Below, piece after piece: positions 24,978-39,616 of a DNA stretch of 64,000 nt. This DNA is from Mobula hypostoma (Eukaryota): assembly GCF_963921235.1 (NCBI RefSeq), contig NC_086097.1:13702001-13766000 (forward strand), in the 5' to 3' direction. A model generated the notes under the pieces. That model was not told where the DNA came from. It did no database searches and worked only from the letters and a program-made list of their open reading frames with translations. The position numbers and the translations under genes are program-made. Within the stretch, counting starts at the first letter, position 1. Each line of letters opens with the position of its first letter.

Positions 24978-25461
24978 TTTGTGGTCTTCTGCTGCTGTAA
25001 CCCAGCCACTTCATGGTTTCGATGGGTTCATTTTGAGATGCTCTTCTACACACCATTGTTGTAATGCGTGGTTGTTTGAATTACTGTCACCTTCCTGTCA
25101 GCTTGAACCAGTCCATCCATTCTCTTCTAACTTCGCTCATTTTCAAGGCATTTTTACCCACCGAACTGCCACTCTCTAGATGTTTTTGTTGTTTTTGCAC
25201 CAATCGCTGTAAACTCTAGAGACTGTTGTGCATGAAAATCCCAGGAGATCAGCAGTTTCTGAGATACTCAAGCCACACTGTATGCCACCAACAATCATTC
25301 CATCATCAAAGTCACTTAGATCACATTTCTTCCCCATTCAAATACTTGGTCTGAACCTCTTGACCATGTCTACATGCTTTTATGCATTGAGTTGCTGCCA
25401 CATTAGATATTTGCATTCATGGCAGGTGTCCAGGTGTACATAATATAGTGGCCACTGAGTG
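24978..25461 (-). mobile_element. Tc1-like transposon fragment (second family): one TIR plus transposase N-terminus
   Basis: Terminus 'gtggccactgagtg|TA'; from the ATG at 25337 the minus strand reads MGKKCDLSDFDDGMIVGGIQCGLSISETADLLGFSCTTVSRVYSDWC. Confidence 0.85.
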
Positions 25462-26724
25462 TATGAACTGAAAGATGCATTGTGTAACACAACTGAACAT
25501 GTTGAAGTAAGCACACTGGAACATTATCATCTGAAACAGACAAGGTAAAGACCTAAGCAGCGCTTTATATAAGTGAGTAATAAATAGGCAAACATCTGGC
25601 TAGAAGATCTGTAGCTAAAGAATTTACAGAGTAATCTCCATTAAATTGACGAGTAGTTCCTGTTGAGGTTCAGAGTTCACAGTTGAATGAAAACCCTTCT
25701 ATATTTTCTAACCTTCTGCTAGGGCAAAAAGCTTTGAAATGGATTTGGAATTAATTTCCAAATATCCTAATTTTGCACAATTTTGGACAATTTGGATTTG
25801 ATAGCCTGTCTGCTTAAAAAAATAATGACTGCAGCAATAATGTGTGTCCAACGGAACGACGTTTTTTATCCATCAATCCCAAGGAGTGCAACACCATCAA
25901 TACAGAACCAGCTCATGCCTGCTGCCGGCCTTAGTTCATGGGCTCTTGCTGGGCAGCTGAGGATTAGCTGTCAACTGAGCTCTTACTTAACTATATATTT
26001 TTTTTTTCATTTTGTATCAATATCTCTCCAGTTTTCCTAATAGTTCTGGGACTGCGAAGCTGCCCAGTTTCCTTGGACGGGTCATAGGTCAAATGAACTC
26101 TTGATTCCTCAGTAATCTGATGGATCTGTGCAATTTCTTTGAAACTGTTCCAATTCCCTTGGTGTTTGATGCATCAGGATAGCGTATCCTAGTGATTGTA
26201 TAATTATAACCAGGGCTTGAATCTTCATCTCCAGTTCAGTTTGGGAGAATATGTTAGTGTTTATAATAAATTTGTGGGAAAGTTAGATATCTTAGGTTGT
26301 GAAAAAATAAACTTTAGTTAAGAGCTTCACCACGTTACGGTTTCTATAAGGCACATGCAATTTAAAATTGATAATGGTAACATGACGGAATCAGAATCAG
26401 GTTTATTATCACAGACACATGTCATGAAATTGGTTGTGTTTGTGGCAGCAGTGCATTACAATACATAAAAATTAGTTCTAAGAGTTAACCAAATAAATAC
26501 ATAATGCAAAAGGAGAATAGCAAGGCCGTGCTCATGGGTTCATTGTCCATTCAGAAATTGGATGGCAGTGGGAAAGAAGCTGTTCCTAAAACCTTGTGTG
26601 TGTGTCTTCAGGCTCCTGTACCTCCTCCCCAATGGTAGTAATGAGAAGAGGGCATGTCCCAGGTGGTGAGGGTCGTTAATGATGGATGACAACTTCTTGA
26701 AGCACAGCCTTTTGAAGATGTTTT

Positions 26725-26998
26725 ATTTATTTTAGTTATTTAATGAGATGCCATGTGGAACAGGTCCTCCTGGCTCCTCGAACTCCACCACCCAGCAAAC
26801 CCTCAATTTAATCCCAGCCTAATCACAGAACAATTTACAGTGACCAATTAACGTAACTGATGCGTCTTTTCACTGTGGGAGGAAACCAGAGCACCTGAAG
26901 GGAGAATGTACAAACTCCTTACAGACAGTGCTGGAATTGAACTCTGAACTCCGATGCTCCGAACTGTAATAGTGCCGTGTCAATGCTACTCTACCATG
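26725..26998 (-). mobile_element. V-SINE following a Rex1-like 3' fragment (26390-26720)
   Basis: V domain 'gtgggaggaaaccagagcacc' and B-box complement 'ggaattgaactc'. Confidence 0.75.
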
Positions 26999-27189
26999 GC
27001 AATGGCCCATGCCCCTATCCATGGGCTCCACCAGTAGCAGTGAAAGCAAATACAATAGAGACAGTTAAAGTCCAAAGTAAATTTATTATCGAAGTACATG
27101 TATGTCACCATATACAACACTGAGATTCATTTCATAGCAGGCAGCTGCAATAAAAGTAAAGGAACACAATAGAATTAAGGAAGGATTCT

Positions 27190-27857
27190 TTGTCCTTGTG
27201 CAGGATTCCCTAAAGATTAATTTGCAGGTTGAGTCGATGGTGACAAAGGCAATTGCAATGTTGGCATTCATTTCGAGAGGACTTCAATATAAAAGCAGGA
27301 AGGTAATGTTGAGGCTTTATAAAGCACTGACGAGGCCTCACTTGAAGTATTGTGAGCGGTCTTTGTCCCCTTATCTAAGAAAGGATGTGCTGACATTGGA
27401 GAGGATTCAAAGGCGGTTCATGAAAATGATTCCAGGATTGTCATATGAGGGCGTTTGATGGATCTGGGCCTGTACTCACGGGAATTCAGAAGAATGTGGG
27501 TGGAATGTCTCATTGAAACCTATTGAATTTTAAAAGGCCTCAATTGAGTGGATATGGAGAGCATGTCTCCTATGGTGGGGAATTCTAGGATCAATGGGCA
27601 CAGCCTCAGAATAGTGGGACGTTTATTTAGAGAGTAGTGGATCTGTGGAATTCTTTGCCACAGGCAGCTGTGGAGGGCAAGTCATCGGGTATATTTAAGG
27701 CAGAGGTTGATAGATTCTTCATTGGTCAAAGCATGAAGAGTTATGAGGAGAAGGCTGGAGACGGGCTGCAAGAGAAATGGATCAACAATGATGAAATGAT
27801 GGATCAGGCTCGATGGGCCAGATGGCCTAATTCTGCTCCTGTATCTTATGGTCTTAA
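27190..27857 (+). mobile_element. Old CR1 3' fragment
   Basis: 'AMLAFISRGLQYKSRKVMLRLYKALTRPHLKYC'; tail 'tcttatggtctta'. Confidence 0.85.
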
Positions 27858-28109
27858 AGACCACAAGACAGACGCGTGATAATGCAGGTAATGGGGGAAA
27901 ATGACTCGTATAAGCAGAAGCAAACTAGTTTAATCCAGCTCATTACAATTCATTGCCACTTATCGGTTCAACAGTCCCCTCCCACTGACTAGTGTATCCT
28001 ACTAATATATTGAGTTGGTCACTCGTCTTAAGGCGTATGCTTACGGCATAATGAATGGGCATATATGGTTGATGTTCTTCACCAGCAAGGAGTTCTGTGG
28101 GTAAAAGAA

Positions 28110-28825
28110 AAGCTTGGCATGCTTGCCTTTATTGGTCAAGGCATTGAGTTCAAAAGTTAGTAAGTTATGTTGCAACTTTATAAAGCTCTAGTTAGGCCAC
28201 ATCCAGAGTATTATATACAGTTCTGGTCCTCAATTTATAGGAAGGATGTCAGGACTTTGGAGTGGGTGCAGAAGAAATTTACCAGGAAGCTGCCTGGATT
28301 AGAAGGCATGCACAATAATGAAAGGTTACACAAACTTGGGTTGTCTTCTCTGTAGCGGTGGAGGCTAAGGGGAGATCTGAACTAGGTTTGTCAGATTATG
28401 AGAGGCATAGTTAGAGTAGACAGGCAATATCTTTTACCAAACAGCATATGTTGAAGGTGAGAGAAGGTAATTTCAAAGCAGATGTGAAAGGCAAGTTTTT
28501 TATAGAGAGTGGTGTGTGCCTGGAATGCACTGCCTAGGGTGGTGATAGAGGCAGATACATTAGAGATGTTGAGAGACGTTTAGATAGAAACATGAATGAG
28601 AGGAAAATGGAAGGATATGCACAGTGTATGAATGTGCCTCCATCAGTCAGGGTTGACTATCGATATTGTATCCTAGCTGTCTATATACACAAGCCTGGGC
28701 AATGGACGTTGTGTAGGCAGAAGAGATTAGTTTAGCTGGGCATTTGATTATGAAATTAATTGGTTTGGCACAACATTGTGGGCTGAAGGACCAGTTCCTG
28801 TGCTGTACTGTTCTATGTTCTATAC
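28110..28825 (+). mobile_element. Old CR1 3' fragment
   Basis: 'MLQLYKALVRPHPEYYIQFWS'; tail 'ttctatgttcta'. Confidence 0.8.
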
Positions 28826-30472
28826 AATAAAAAACATTTTTTTTCAAGTAGGACTTTGGGATAGTTTTTGGGATTACCATTGGTTAAAATGTTGAAGTAA
28901 AAGAAAATTCAGGCTTGTTTAGCTCAGACGTTATATTCCCTCCCCTGTCCATCCTTTCTAATTTATTTAATTCCCTGCCACCTTTGTTGCCGCAGTTCCA
29001 TTACATCTAAAGCCCCTGGCGTTCTGGCAATAACGCAGAACAATTCTGTGAGTGCCCCCGGGTGTTTTAATATGCATTTTCCTATTCCCTGGTGGTCTGG
29101 GAGCTTTTGCCGATTTCAAGCCCCGGTTCCCTGTCATACTGGAGGGCCTAATACATCCCAGCTCCTCGAAGACAGAGGAGGATTTCAACTCCTCACACAC
29201 CAGAACTACTTAACAGATTCCAGATTCAGACAATCTAGATTTTGGACTTCACTCCGAGCCTGACCTGCTACCCAGATTCACTCTCTCCTGGAGTTCCGCC
29301 ATGCCTGTTTTTCATTGGCAAGTGAGGTACGAAGGCAAGGAAAAAAAAAAATTTGATTTACAAAGTAAATAACAAGCAAAGTAAATAAACTCCAAGCAAA
29401 TTCATTTCCAGGGATTTCAACAAACGGGCAAAGCTTCTTCCAAGTCAAGACCTCCTGATGGGCCAGGCATTCAGCTCTTCTTGCCTTTCGATGTTTTGTC
29501 TAAATATTCCTGTCCAAAGGCCAATGCTGGAGTTGGCTGTCAGCCCACAAGAGCTGGGAAAAAATAGCTCTAAACTATGTGCTAGGGGAAGGGTTGGGCA
29601 GCCACACATGGAAAATGCCCAGTCGAAAGCTGTGAAGTCTCCTCTGGAAAGAGTTATGTTGTATTTGATAATGCAGTGCAGGTACTGACGCTGTCTGTTT
29701 TTGTCTGAAATAGAATCGTCCAGCAATTACCGAAGTAATTAGTTACATATTATAATACATTAAGCCGTCATAAAACAGCACTACTTTTTGGCTGTCTCTT
29801 TTTTTGACATATTGCGTGTTAATATGCTGGAGTCGATCTGCATGAGGCCCCGTCTCATTCAAAGTGAAATTTGTTTCTGCCACTGCAGATGCCAGTCAGC
29901 CAGATAAATAACGCAAGGTTAAACTTCCATCCCATTGTTTGTTTTGATACTGCAGCTCTGTCACTTGGCTTCCGTCGAACAGCATCCAGAGAGTCTCAGC
30001 AAATGTGCATCCGATACTGCACCAGCCAGGATTTAATCACACACAAGTCCACAGCACACACTGTAACAGTTGTGGGGACAAGCAATAAGCAGGCTCAATT
30101 AGTTACACATTGTGCACCTGTAAGTGCTTATTCTGCTGCTGGAGCAGTTCAGGCATTAGACACGGGGGATGACAAGTACCTTCATTTGTCCAGGGTGAGA
30201 GAAAGAGAGAACATATTCTGAGGTTGGGGTGTGGGTGGATACAAAAGTTAAAATGTACAGAAGAAAATAAACATGGGAAGTTTATTCCACCTCTTCACCC
30301 CAGAGCTGGAAGTGGATGAACATGTTCATGGAGGTACAAGTGAATGCAGATGATGGAATATGGAGCCACAGACAATCTGCTGGAGAGATTCAATGGGACG
30401 AGCAGCGTCTGTGGGAGGAAAGGAATTGATAAAGTTTCAGGACTGGCATAGTTTCAAACTGAAATGTCGACA

Positions 30473-30930
30473 ATAGTCATAGTCATACTTTATTGATCCC
30501 GGGGGAAATTGGTTTTCGTTACAGTTGCACCATAAATAATAAATAGTAATAGAACCATAAATAGTTAAATAGTAATATGTAAATTATGCCAGTAAATTAT
30601 GAAATAAGTCCAGGACCAGCCTATTGGCTCAGGGTGTCTGACCCTCCAAGGGAGGAGTTGTAAAGTTTGATAGCCACAGGCAGGAATGACTTCCTATGAC
30701 GCTCTGTGTTGCATCTCGGTGGAATGAGTCTCTGGCTGAATGTACTCCTGTGCCCAACCAGTACATTACGTAGTGGATGGGAGACATTGTCCAAGATGGC
30801 ATGCAACTTGAACAGCATCCTCTTTTCAGACACCACCGTCAGAGAGTCCAGTTCCATCCCCACAACATCACTGGCCTTACGGATAAGTTTGTTGATTCTG
30901 TTGTTCTCTGCTACCCTCAGCCTGCTGCCC
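30473..30930 (-). mobile_element. Rex1-like LINE 3' end, inserted into a PLE-derived repeat
   Basis: 'RINKLIRKASDVVG...HPLRNVLV...PRCNTERHRKSFLPVAIKLYN'; (ATGACT)n tail. Confidence 0.85.
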
Positions 30931-32439
30931 CTATACCTGTCTTTCCACAGATACATCTCGACTTGCAAAGTTTCTCCAGCAGACTGGTTGTTGCATAAAA
31001 ATGTTATTTATCGAGTTTGTGAAATGGGAAGCCAAACTTCCATATGTACGTCCTTTTCCAGTTCTAATCACAATGCCTATCTGGAAAAGTACCTCATCTT
31101 TATGACCTGTAATCAGATTGCTTTCTTAATGCTTTGGCAGTAATTGAAGGATGGACTGCTTGGGGTGTAAGTGCTTGGGACAACTGGCAGCTAAAGATTG
31201 GCAGAGATGCCCATACCCGCCACAATATATTGCACTGCTTGTGGGCAGAAGGATGGGAGTCTTGCCCTCTGCACGCTTTTGCATTCCTACTACATAGTGA
31301 TGCTTATGATAAAGGCATGTCAGCGGTTATACTTCATTAGGAGTTTGAGCAGATACGGTATCTCACTTAATACTCCAGCAAATTTGTACAGATGTTTCAT
31401 GGAGAGCATTCTGACTGGTTGCATCATCAACTAGTGTGGAGGCTCCAATGCACAACATCAAAAGAAGCATCCAGGAAATTCCTTCTTCCCACTAATACCT
31501 TCAGGCAGGAGTACAAGATGCACAGTCTGTGTTTTAGGAACAGCTTCTTCCCCTCTGCCATCGGATTTCAGAATAGTCCATAAACCCGTCAGTACCACCT
31601 CACTAGTTTGCTCTCTTTTGAACTATTTATTTTTTGTAACTTTCTTTGCAACAAATATGTCAGTGAAATTAATTCTGATTCTCTATCTTACTGCCAGGAT
31701 TATCTTTCCACCTCACCCCTCCACCACCTCCTTCCTATGATTGCCAGTCCACCCCCATTTCATAATCTTGTCCAAACCCCTGTTTCTCTGTATTATCAGT
31801 CTAATCTGCCAGCCTTTAGCCCCAATCCATCTTTCCCAGCTGAAGCTTATCAACGCATATTTTTGCTACCTGATGTAAGCTGACTCAGAAACAATGAGTA
31901 AATTTAGACTCAGGTCCCCAAGTCAAAATAAATTCTGCTCTGGGTATCTTGGCTGACTCCAGTCGAGCCAAGGTATGAGAGATGGACCTCAGGTTCCCAG
32001 GTGACTGACAAGGCAGAAAACTAAAAGTTGCGTGGGACTACTACAGATCATAGGTTAAGGGTAAAAGGTGAAAAGTATATGAGGAACATGACGGGAAATT
32101 TCTTCACTCAGAGAGTCGTGAGAGTGTGGAACGAGTTGCCAGCGCAAGTGGCGGATGTGAGCACAATTTCAATGTTTAAGAGATTTGGATTTTTACATGG
32201 GTGATAGGCATATGGAGGGCTATGGTCCCAGAGTCGATCAATGGGAGTAGGCAGTTTAAGCACAGTTCAGCATGGACTAGATGGGCTGAAGGGCCTGTTT
32301 CTGTGTCTGTACTTTTCTATGACTCTATGACACCCAACAACCAATAAATTTATTGGGTCCAAATCTAACACTAACGCAGATTAGGTAATAAACTTAATCT
32401 TATATCAGACATACAAGAAAGCTAACAACAATTTGATAT

Positions 32440-32550
32440 TTTCCTTCAGTTAGTCCTGACGAAGGGTCTCGGCCTGAAACGTCGACTGTACCTCTTCCTA
32501 GAGATGCTGCCTGGCCTGCTGCATTCACCAGCAACTTTGATGTGTGTTGC
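32440..32550 (+). mobile_element. PLE-derived single-arm repeat
   Basis: 13-bp TSD (1 mismatch) aacaatttgatat/aacaatctgatat at 32427-32439 and 32551-32563. Confidence 0.85.
32451..32488 (+). ncRNA. Minimal type-I hammerhead ribozyme motif
   Basis: UAGUC-CUGACGA-A-GGGU(CUCG)GCCU-GAAA-CGU-C^-GACUG; core intact; predicted cleavage after 32483. Confidence 0.7.
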
Positions 32551-33371
32551 AACAATCTGATATCAATGTCTACATCTTTGATTAGTGCATTCATATAATT
32601 GCTTATTAAAGAATGCACTAAAGATATAAATATTAAAAATGACAGCCTCTGCAAGATAATCTGATATGCACCATCATTGGAGATTGCTGCCGATATCGAT
32701 ACCCTTCGTCAACTGCAGAGTGAAACACTAATGCAACAATAGAGTGCTGCAGACTGAAAACTACCTAATAATATCAACTAATTCATCATGTTTTACTTTA
32801 AAATATATATCGACAGTTCTGGAGTTGAAATTTGGCACAGGATCTGCATCACTTTGGAAGTCACAGGAAAGATTAAGTAGCAAATTGAAATTAATAAAAG
32901 GGGAGGCACAGAGCCACAGGTACATTGGCGCAGTGCCACCAGTGTGCCAACAAGCTTTCACATAGAGTGGTAAGACTTGGTCTTGTGCCAAAGTTTTCTC
33001 ACATGATAAGCCCTTAGTCTTGGCAATGTATCAGACGGCAGTTCTGAGTTGAAGCTGGGCATTTCCCCAGTAAGACTGAGAGGAATACAGAGGCTGATTC
33101 AGAATAAAATTTGGTGGCTTCCATTAACCATCACTTCCCTGCCTCTGATCTCTGCTTCCACTATATCCACACTCCCATTGTCCCTATCTAGGAACAACCT
33201 GTCATGTTTGTATGGCTTTGTTGACCAGACTGTGCTTCCTGATCTATATCGGCCATGGTTAGATTGTAAAGTTCTTCACTTTGTCTTCACCTCCTATCCT
33301 CTACCATCTTCCGAACTTTTCAATCGCCTCCAGAGTTTTAACCTTCTCTGATACGTTCACTCATAAAATAT

Positions 33372-34065
33372 CAGAATCAGGTGTCATGAAATATGGTTTC
33401 CAGCAGCAGTACATGGCAGTAACATAATAATAAAAAAACGAATTACAATATATATAAATTACATTAAACAGAAGTGCAAAAAGAGAGCAAAAACAAGTAG
33501 TGAGGTAGTGTTCGTGGGTTTATCGTCCATTCAGAACTCTGATGATGGAGGAGTGAAATTGTGCTCAGAAATGTTGCGTGTGTGTCTTTAGGCTCCTGTC
33601 CCTCCTCCTTGGCGGTAGCAAGGAGAAGGAGGCATGTCCTGAAAGCTGGGAGCCCTGAATGATTGATGCCACTTTTCCGGGCATCACCTTTTGAAGGTGC
33701 TCTCAATGCTGTACAGGCTCATGCTCATGTTGGAGCTGGTTGAGTTTACAACTTTCTGCAGCTCTTTCTGATTCTGCGCAGTGGCCTCTCCATACAAGAT
33801 GCAACCCGTTAGAATGCCCTCCATGGTGCATCTGTAGGAATTTGTTAGAATCTTTGATGACATACTGATCTCCTCAAACTCCCAATGAAATATAGCCTCT
33901 GCCATTCCTTCTTTATAATTGCATCAATATGTTGAGTCCAGGATAGATCTTCAGACATGTTGACACCCAGGAACTTGACACTGCTGGTGCCACGATGAGG
34001 ACTGGTGTGTATTCCCTCGACTTTCACTTCCTGAAGTCCATAATCAATTCCTTGGTCTTACTGGC
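33372..34065 (-). mobile_element. Rex1/Babar-like LINE 3' fragment
   Basis: 'VKFLGVNMSEDLSWTQHIDAIIKK' and 'YRCTMEGILTGCI'. Confidence 0.8.
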
Positions 34066-37054
34066 TACCTGCTCATACATCAAATCAATTATTCCATCTT
34101 TGACAGTCAGAGGACTTCAGGCTTTCAACCGACAGGGGTAAATGCAAGCAGGGTTTTTTCCACTGAGGTTGGGTGTGACAACAGCTAGAGGTCATAGGTT
34201 AAGGATGAAAGGTGAAAATTGTAAGTGGAAGATGAGAGGAAACATCTTCACTCAGAGGGTTGTGAGAGTGTGGAACAATCGCCAGTGTAAGTGGTGCATG
34301 TGAGCTTGATTTCAACATTTAATCAAAGTTTGGATAGGTACATGGGTGGGAGGGGTATGGAGAGCTCTGGTCCCGGTGCAAGCTGGTGGAACTAGGCAGT
34401 TTAAATGGTTTTGGCATGGCTAGATGGGCCGAAGGGCCTGTTTCATGCTGTACTTTTCTATGACTGTATGACTCTAAACTCCCAAACTTCATCTCCAAAC
34501 CTCTCAGCCTCCTTACATCGTCAAAGATAGTCCACTGAGATAACAGCAATATTTTAACAGAACCACAGAACACAGGATGTTACAGCACACTTTGGCCCAC
34601 AATGGTGTACCAGCATTTTAACCTGCTCCAACCCTTCCCTCCTACATTACCCTCCATCTATCATCCATGTGCCTATCTAAGAGGTTCTTAAATATTCATA
34701 ATGCATCTGCCTCTACCACTACCCTGACAACATCTTATATACACCCACCACTCACTGTGTAAAAAACGTACCTCTGACATCCCTCCTATACTTTCCTCCA
34801 GTTACCTTAAAAATATGCCCCTCTTTTAGTAAATACTGCCCTGGGAGAAAGGCTCTGGCTGTCCACTCGATCTATGCCTATATCATGTACATTTATCAAG
34901 TCACCTTTCATCCTCTTTCGCCCCAAAGAGAAGCCTCAGCTTGCTCAACCTTTCCTTGTAAAACGGACTTTCCAGTTCATCTGGTAAATCTCCACAACAG
35001 TCACTCTTCAATGACTCAGCAGAAGGGTCACTCCCTTGGTTTGGGTTGAGTTGACCCTTTGTTTATGCTTGTCCACCAGTGAGAACACTGGGGAGGAACT
35101 GAGTGGTTTGGAGGACCAACCAGAGTGAGGGATCCGTGATAGGAAGGTGCAAAGCTGGGGTAGTTAGGTAACCCTTTGAGGGCAATGGTAGATGCTTGAG
35201 CAGATGGTGGCTGGAAGGGTGGTGGGCTCGCCAGTAATTAAGGATCAGGATATAGATGGGGAGAGAAAAGGAGATATTGTGGGATTCATGCAGATGACCA
35301 AATGCTGTGGGTTCTAGTTGGTGCAGTAAAATCTGGCAGATATTGGAGAGTTGGGGAAAGGTAACATTTAAGAAGGTGATGGAGCAGTCACAGGGGCATA
35401 TATCTTACTGAAAGTAAGGCTGTGGAAAATAGTTAGCAGTAGTTCATCTTGACCTTCTGGATACGTCCTATTAATCACCCTTTAACTCATTTGATACTGT
35501 CTCACTCTATCACATATATTCCCTTTGTCCTAGCTATGCCTCCTGCTGCTTCCTCTGCAACCTTATCTTATTTGTCTTCTCTTCCCAGTTCTGATGATGA
35601 GCCTCCAACCTGAAATGTTAACTTAGTTTGTCTTCTTGCAGATGCTGCCTGACCTGATGAGTGTTTCCTGCATTCTATCCTGATGGGTGCGGCCTTTCAT
35701 CGATTCTATTGTTATTCTTGGATTTACTGTGTATGTCCACAAGAAAATAAATCTCAGGGTTGTATACAGTACATGATGACATACATGTTCTTTGATAATA
35801 AATTTACTTTGAACTTTATTTCAGATGTCCAGCATCTGCGACTTTTTATTTTGATTTCCATGGAACTCTGACAGGTGCACTCTTGCACTCTGTGGAGACA
35901 CCTGCACTTTTCATAACCACTCCAAGTATTTAATAAAACAATGAAATGAACTTCTGTTCCCCACTAAATCTTCATCAATTCCTAATCTGTTTGGAAGAGC
36001 CCAAAGCAGCCATTTTATTTCAATCCAATATCTTCAGAATGACATTAAAGTTCCTTCTTGGGACACAGTGGGACTCGGGCAAAGCATTAATATTCAACGT
36101 GTGCAGACGATTAGATATAGTCTTCTTTGATCTCTATCTGTGGAGGACTGAGAGGAGCAGGAGAAGGCAGAGGTCAGATAAAGGTAGGGTGTTAGTTAAA
36201 AATAGAGGGACCTTGAGGAAGAGCACATGTTAAATAGCTTCTGGCGTTAGCATTCCATAGGTAAGAGCAATGAATATCTTTTTCAAAGGCTTTCTGCTCG
36301 TGTGTATTGTGCTTATGCAGGGGAAGCATATGAATTCAAAGCTATAATTCCCTGAGGTGGGAGGGGAGAGAGCAAGTCAGTAACCGAGTCACCTCAGCGG
36401 TGGTTCCTAGTGACTCTGTTAACTGCAGCTCCCTCGCAGTACTTCAGGAAAACAGAATCATTTCAATGAGCAAGGTCAGATTCACTGTGTAGCAGGCTTC
36501 CTTTAAACAGAACGAGTGAATGGTGTCAGTCTGCCACAGCCTGTCGTCTTGCATTGCCCTTCCATCGTAGCTCACAGTCAAGAGAGCGTAAAGGACATCA
36601 AACAGACAGGGTCGGTTTCTCCCACTGACATTGGCTCTGCTAACTTTAAATGTTCTTGGCTAGCCTCTCCGAACTGCCGCTTGTCCTCTCCAGAGCTCTC
36701 TGGAGAACATCAGTCTGCACTCTACCCTTTCAGCTCCGTGGGAAGGGAAAAAGTGATTGCGACCTGTGGAGTCTTCAGAGAAACTGTTATTGATCCGGGC
36801 GGTGTATCGACTGACAGGAGGAACCACTTCAATTCCTTTAATATGCCAGTTGACCTTTCTGTCGTCTTCCATCGCCACACCAGGTCACAGCGATCCCATT
36901 GATCCCCAGTTTCACAGCTGGATAAACATTTAGCATCAACTGGGCACGGGTGGATATGAATCTATAAACAATACTGCAGAAATGCACAGTTTAATGAGAA
37001 TATGTTTTGAACTGTAATTGATATTTTAACTTACAACCAGTAGCAGGAATCCTC

Positions 37055-37712
37055 CACAGTCAAGAATGCTGATCAGCATTCCTACTTCCTGAGGAAGCTG
37101 AGTAGCGCTGGTCTATGCACTCCAGTACCCACTACAGGTGTGCCGTGGAGAGCACCCTGACATGCTGCATCATTGGATGGCACAGAAACTGCACTGTGGC
37201 GGAGAGGAAGGCTCTGCAATGGGGAGTTAAAACTGCCCAACGCATCACCGGCTCCAGTCTTCCCACCGTCAAGAACAAGCATACAGGCAGGTGCCAGGAA
37301 AAGGTCAGCGATATCATGCAGGATTCCACCCACCCTGCTCACGGTCTGCTTGCCCCACTCCCATCAGGGAGGAAGCTACGCAGCCTCCACGCCAGCGCCA
37401 CCAGATTCAAAAACGTTTACTTCCCTCGAGCAGTCAGGCTGATCAACTCCTCCACCCAGTAACCCATTCCACAACAACCCAACCACCATATCCTCTAGCA
37501 TCACTTTATGTACATATAATCAGTCTATGTATATAACTGTTACTCGTACATTGTGTTTTATGACTGGTTTTATATTTATATTTATTGTGTTGTTTTGTTT
37601 CTTTATTATGTTCTTTATGCTTATTGTATTTTTTATGCTGTTACACTCATTTTGTTCTCCTTCACACTCATGTACTGAAGAACGACAATAAACAATCTTG
37701 AATCTTTAATCC
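37055..37712 (+). mobile_element. Rex1/Babar-like LINE 3' fragment
   Basis: 'YRCAVESTLTCCIIGW...HPAHGLLAPLPSGRKLRS...FPRAVRLIN'. Confidence 0.85.
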
Positions 37713-39380
37713 TGAGGAATGTGTGACATGCTCATCTTCATGTATCCAAGACACCTTCAAGAAGCGATACCTCAAAAAGGCGGCATCCATCGATAAGGAC
37801 CGCCATCAACCAGGACCTCCCCTCTTCTCATTGCTACCATCCGGGAGGAGGTACAGGAGCATGAAGGCATACTCTTACCAATTCAGGAATGGCTTCCTCC
37901 CCTCTGCCATCAGATTTCTAAAGAGACATTGAACCCATGAACACTACCTCACTACTTTTTCTTCTCTTTTTGCATTATTTATTTAATTGAACTTTAAAAA
38001 AATATATATACTGTGCTTCTTACTGAATTTACAGTCTATTATTATGTATTGCAATGTACTGCTGCATCAAAACTACAAATTTCACAACATATGCCATTGA
38101 TATTATGCTTGATTGTGTCTATGGTGTTTCTCTGACATCCATCCACCTGTACACGATGTTGCTCAACTTTGTTAGACCCAGCAGACAGAGACATTGGTTA
38201 AAGAGCATCTTACATCTTGGGAAACAGCATTTAAGTGTGTTACCTCAGCCAGATAGAGATGTTCACACAAAGAACGTAGCACGTAGAACAGTTCAGCACA
38301 GGAACAGGTCCTTCAGCCCACCATATCTGTGCTGTACATGATACAAATTAAACTAATTCCTTCTGCCTACACCCTACACATCATATGCCTACATAAAAGC
38401 CACCATCATATCTGCTCCCACTACCACCCTTGCCAGCACATTACAGGCACTTACCACTCACTGTGTAAAAAATAATGCCCCACCAGTCTCCCTTAAATTC
38501 TTTCCCCCACCTTCTTCAACCCATGTCCTCTAGAATTTACACTTATATCCTGGGATAAAGAATCTGGCTGTCCACCTGAGCTACACCTCTCACAATTTCA
38601 CATACTTCCATCAGGTCTCCCCTCAGTTTCGGATGCTCCAGAGAAAACAATCCAAATTTGTCCAGCCTCCTCTCATAGGGCACACTCTCTAATCCAGGCA
38701 GCATCTTGTAAACCTCTTCTGAACCTTCTCAAAAACCTCCACATCCTTCTGGTAACAGGGGTAACCAGAAGTGAAGGTAATATTCCGAGTACAGCAGAAC
38801 CAAAGTTTTAAAAGAAGCACAGATCTGAGTCAGAATCAGAATCAGGTTTAATATCACTGGCATACGTCCTGAAATTTGGAGCAGCAGTGCATCGCAATAT
38901 ATACATAAATTAATTAAGTAGTACAGAAAGAGAGCAAAAAAAGAGAAAGAAACGGTGAGGTAGTGTACATGGGTTCATTTTCCATTCAGAAATAGGATGG
39001 CAGAGCGGAAGAAGCTGTTCCTGAAATGGTGATGGGGGTCCTTAATGATGGATGTTGCCTTTTGGAGACATTATCTTTTGAAGGTGTCCTTGGTGCTGGG
39101 GAGGTTAGTGATTGGAATCCTGATGATTATAAATATAAGATGGTTCATAATAAAAGTTTTAACCACTGTATAATACGGCATCAGAAGTCTGTGTGTGGGT
39201 TTGGAATGAAGGGACTGTTTGGGCAAATGATCAAAGACCACAGTAACTGGCATTTCCTTTCTATGCACCACACAGCAGCAGCACCTCGGTCCCAATCTCG
39301 GTCACACCACCTGCAACAAACGGTAAGCAATTTACTGGAGGAACTCAGCAGGTCAGGCAGCATCAGTGGAGGGAAAGGGG

Positions 39381-39418
39381 CAGTCGACATTTCGGGTCGA
39401 GACCCTTCATCTGGACTA
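39381..39418 (-). ncRNA. Hammerhead motif, decayed (U4 to A)
   Basis: UAGUC-CAGAUGA-A-GGGU(CUCG)ACCC-GAAA-UGU-C-GACUG. Confidence 0.55.
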
Positions 39419-39616
39419 TTCCAGATTCCAGAATCTGTGGACTTTTACACCTCCATTAAAAGTGGAGCATGTTGTCACCTTCCCTGTCTGACTAAAGCAT
39501 GAAGGCCTGGGAGAAAATCAAGCAGGGTTCAATCACAAATTGTTCCATCTCATCTATCATCATCAAAAGGTAACAATAATCTATCTCAGAATCAGAATCA
39601 GGGTTAATATCACTGA

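Noticed and set aside
36516..36902. 128-aa ORF in unique sequence
   Set aside because: No recognisable domain and no convincing splice signals.
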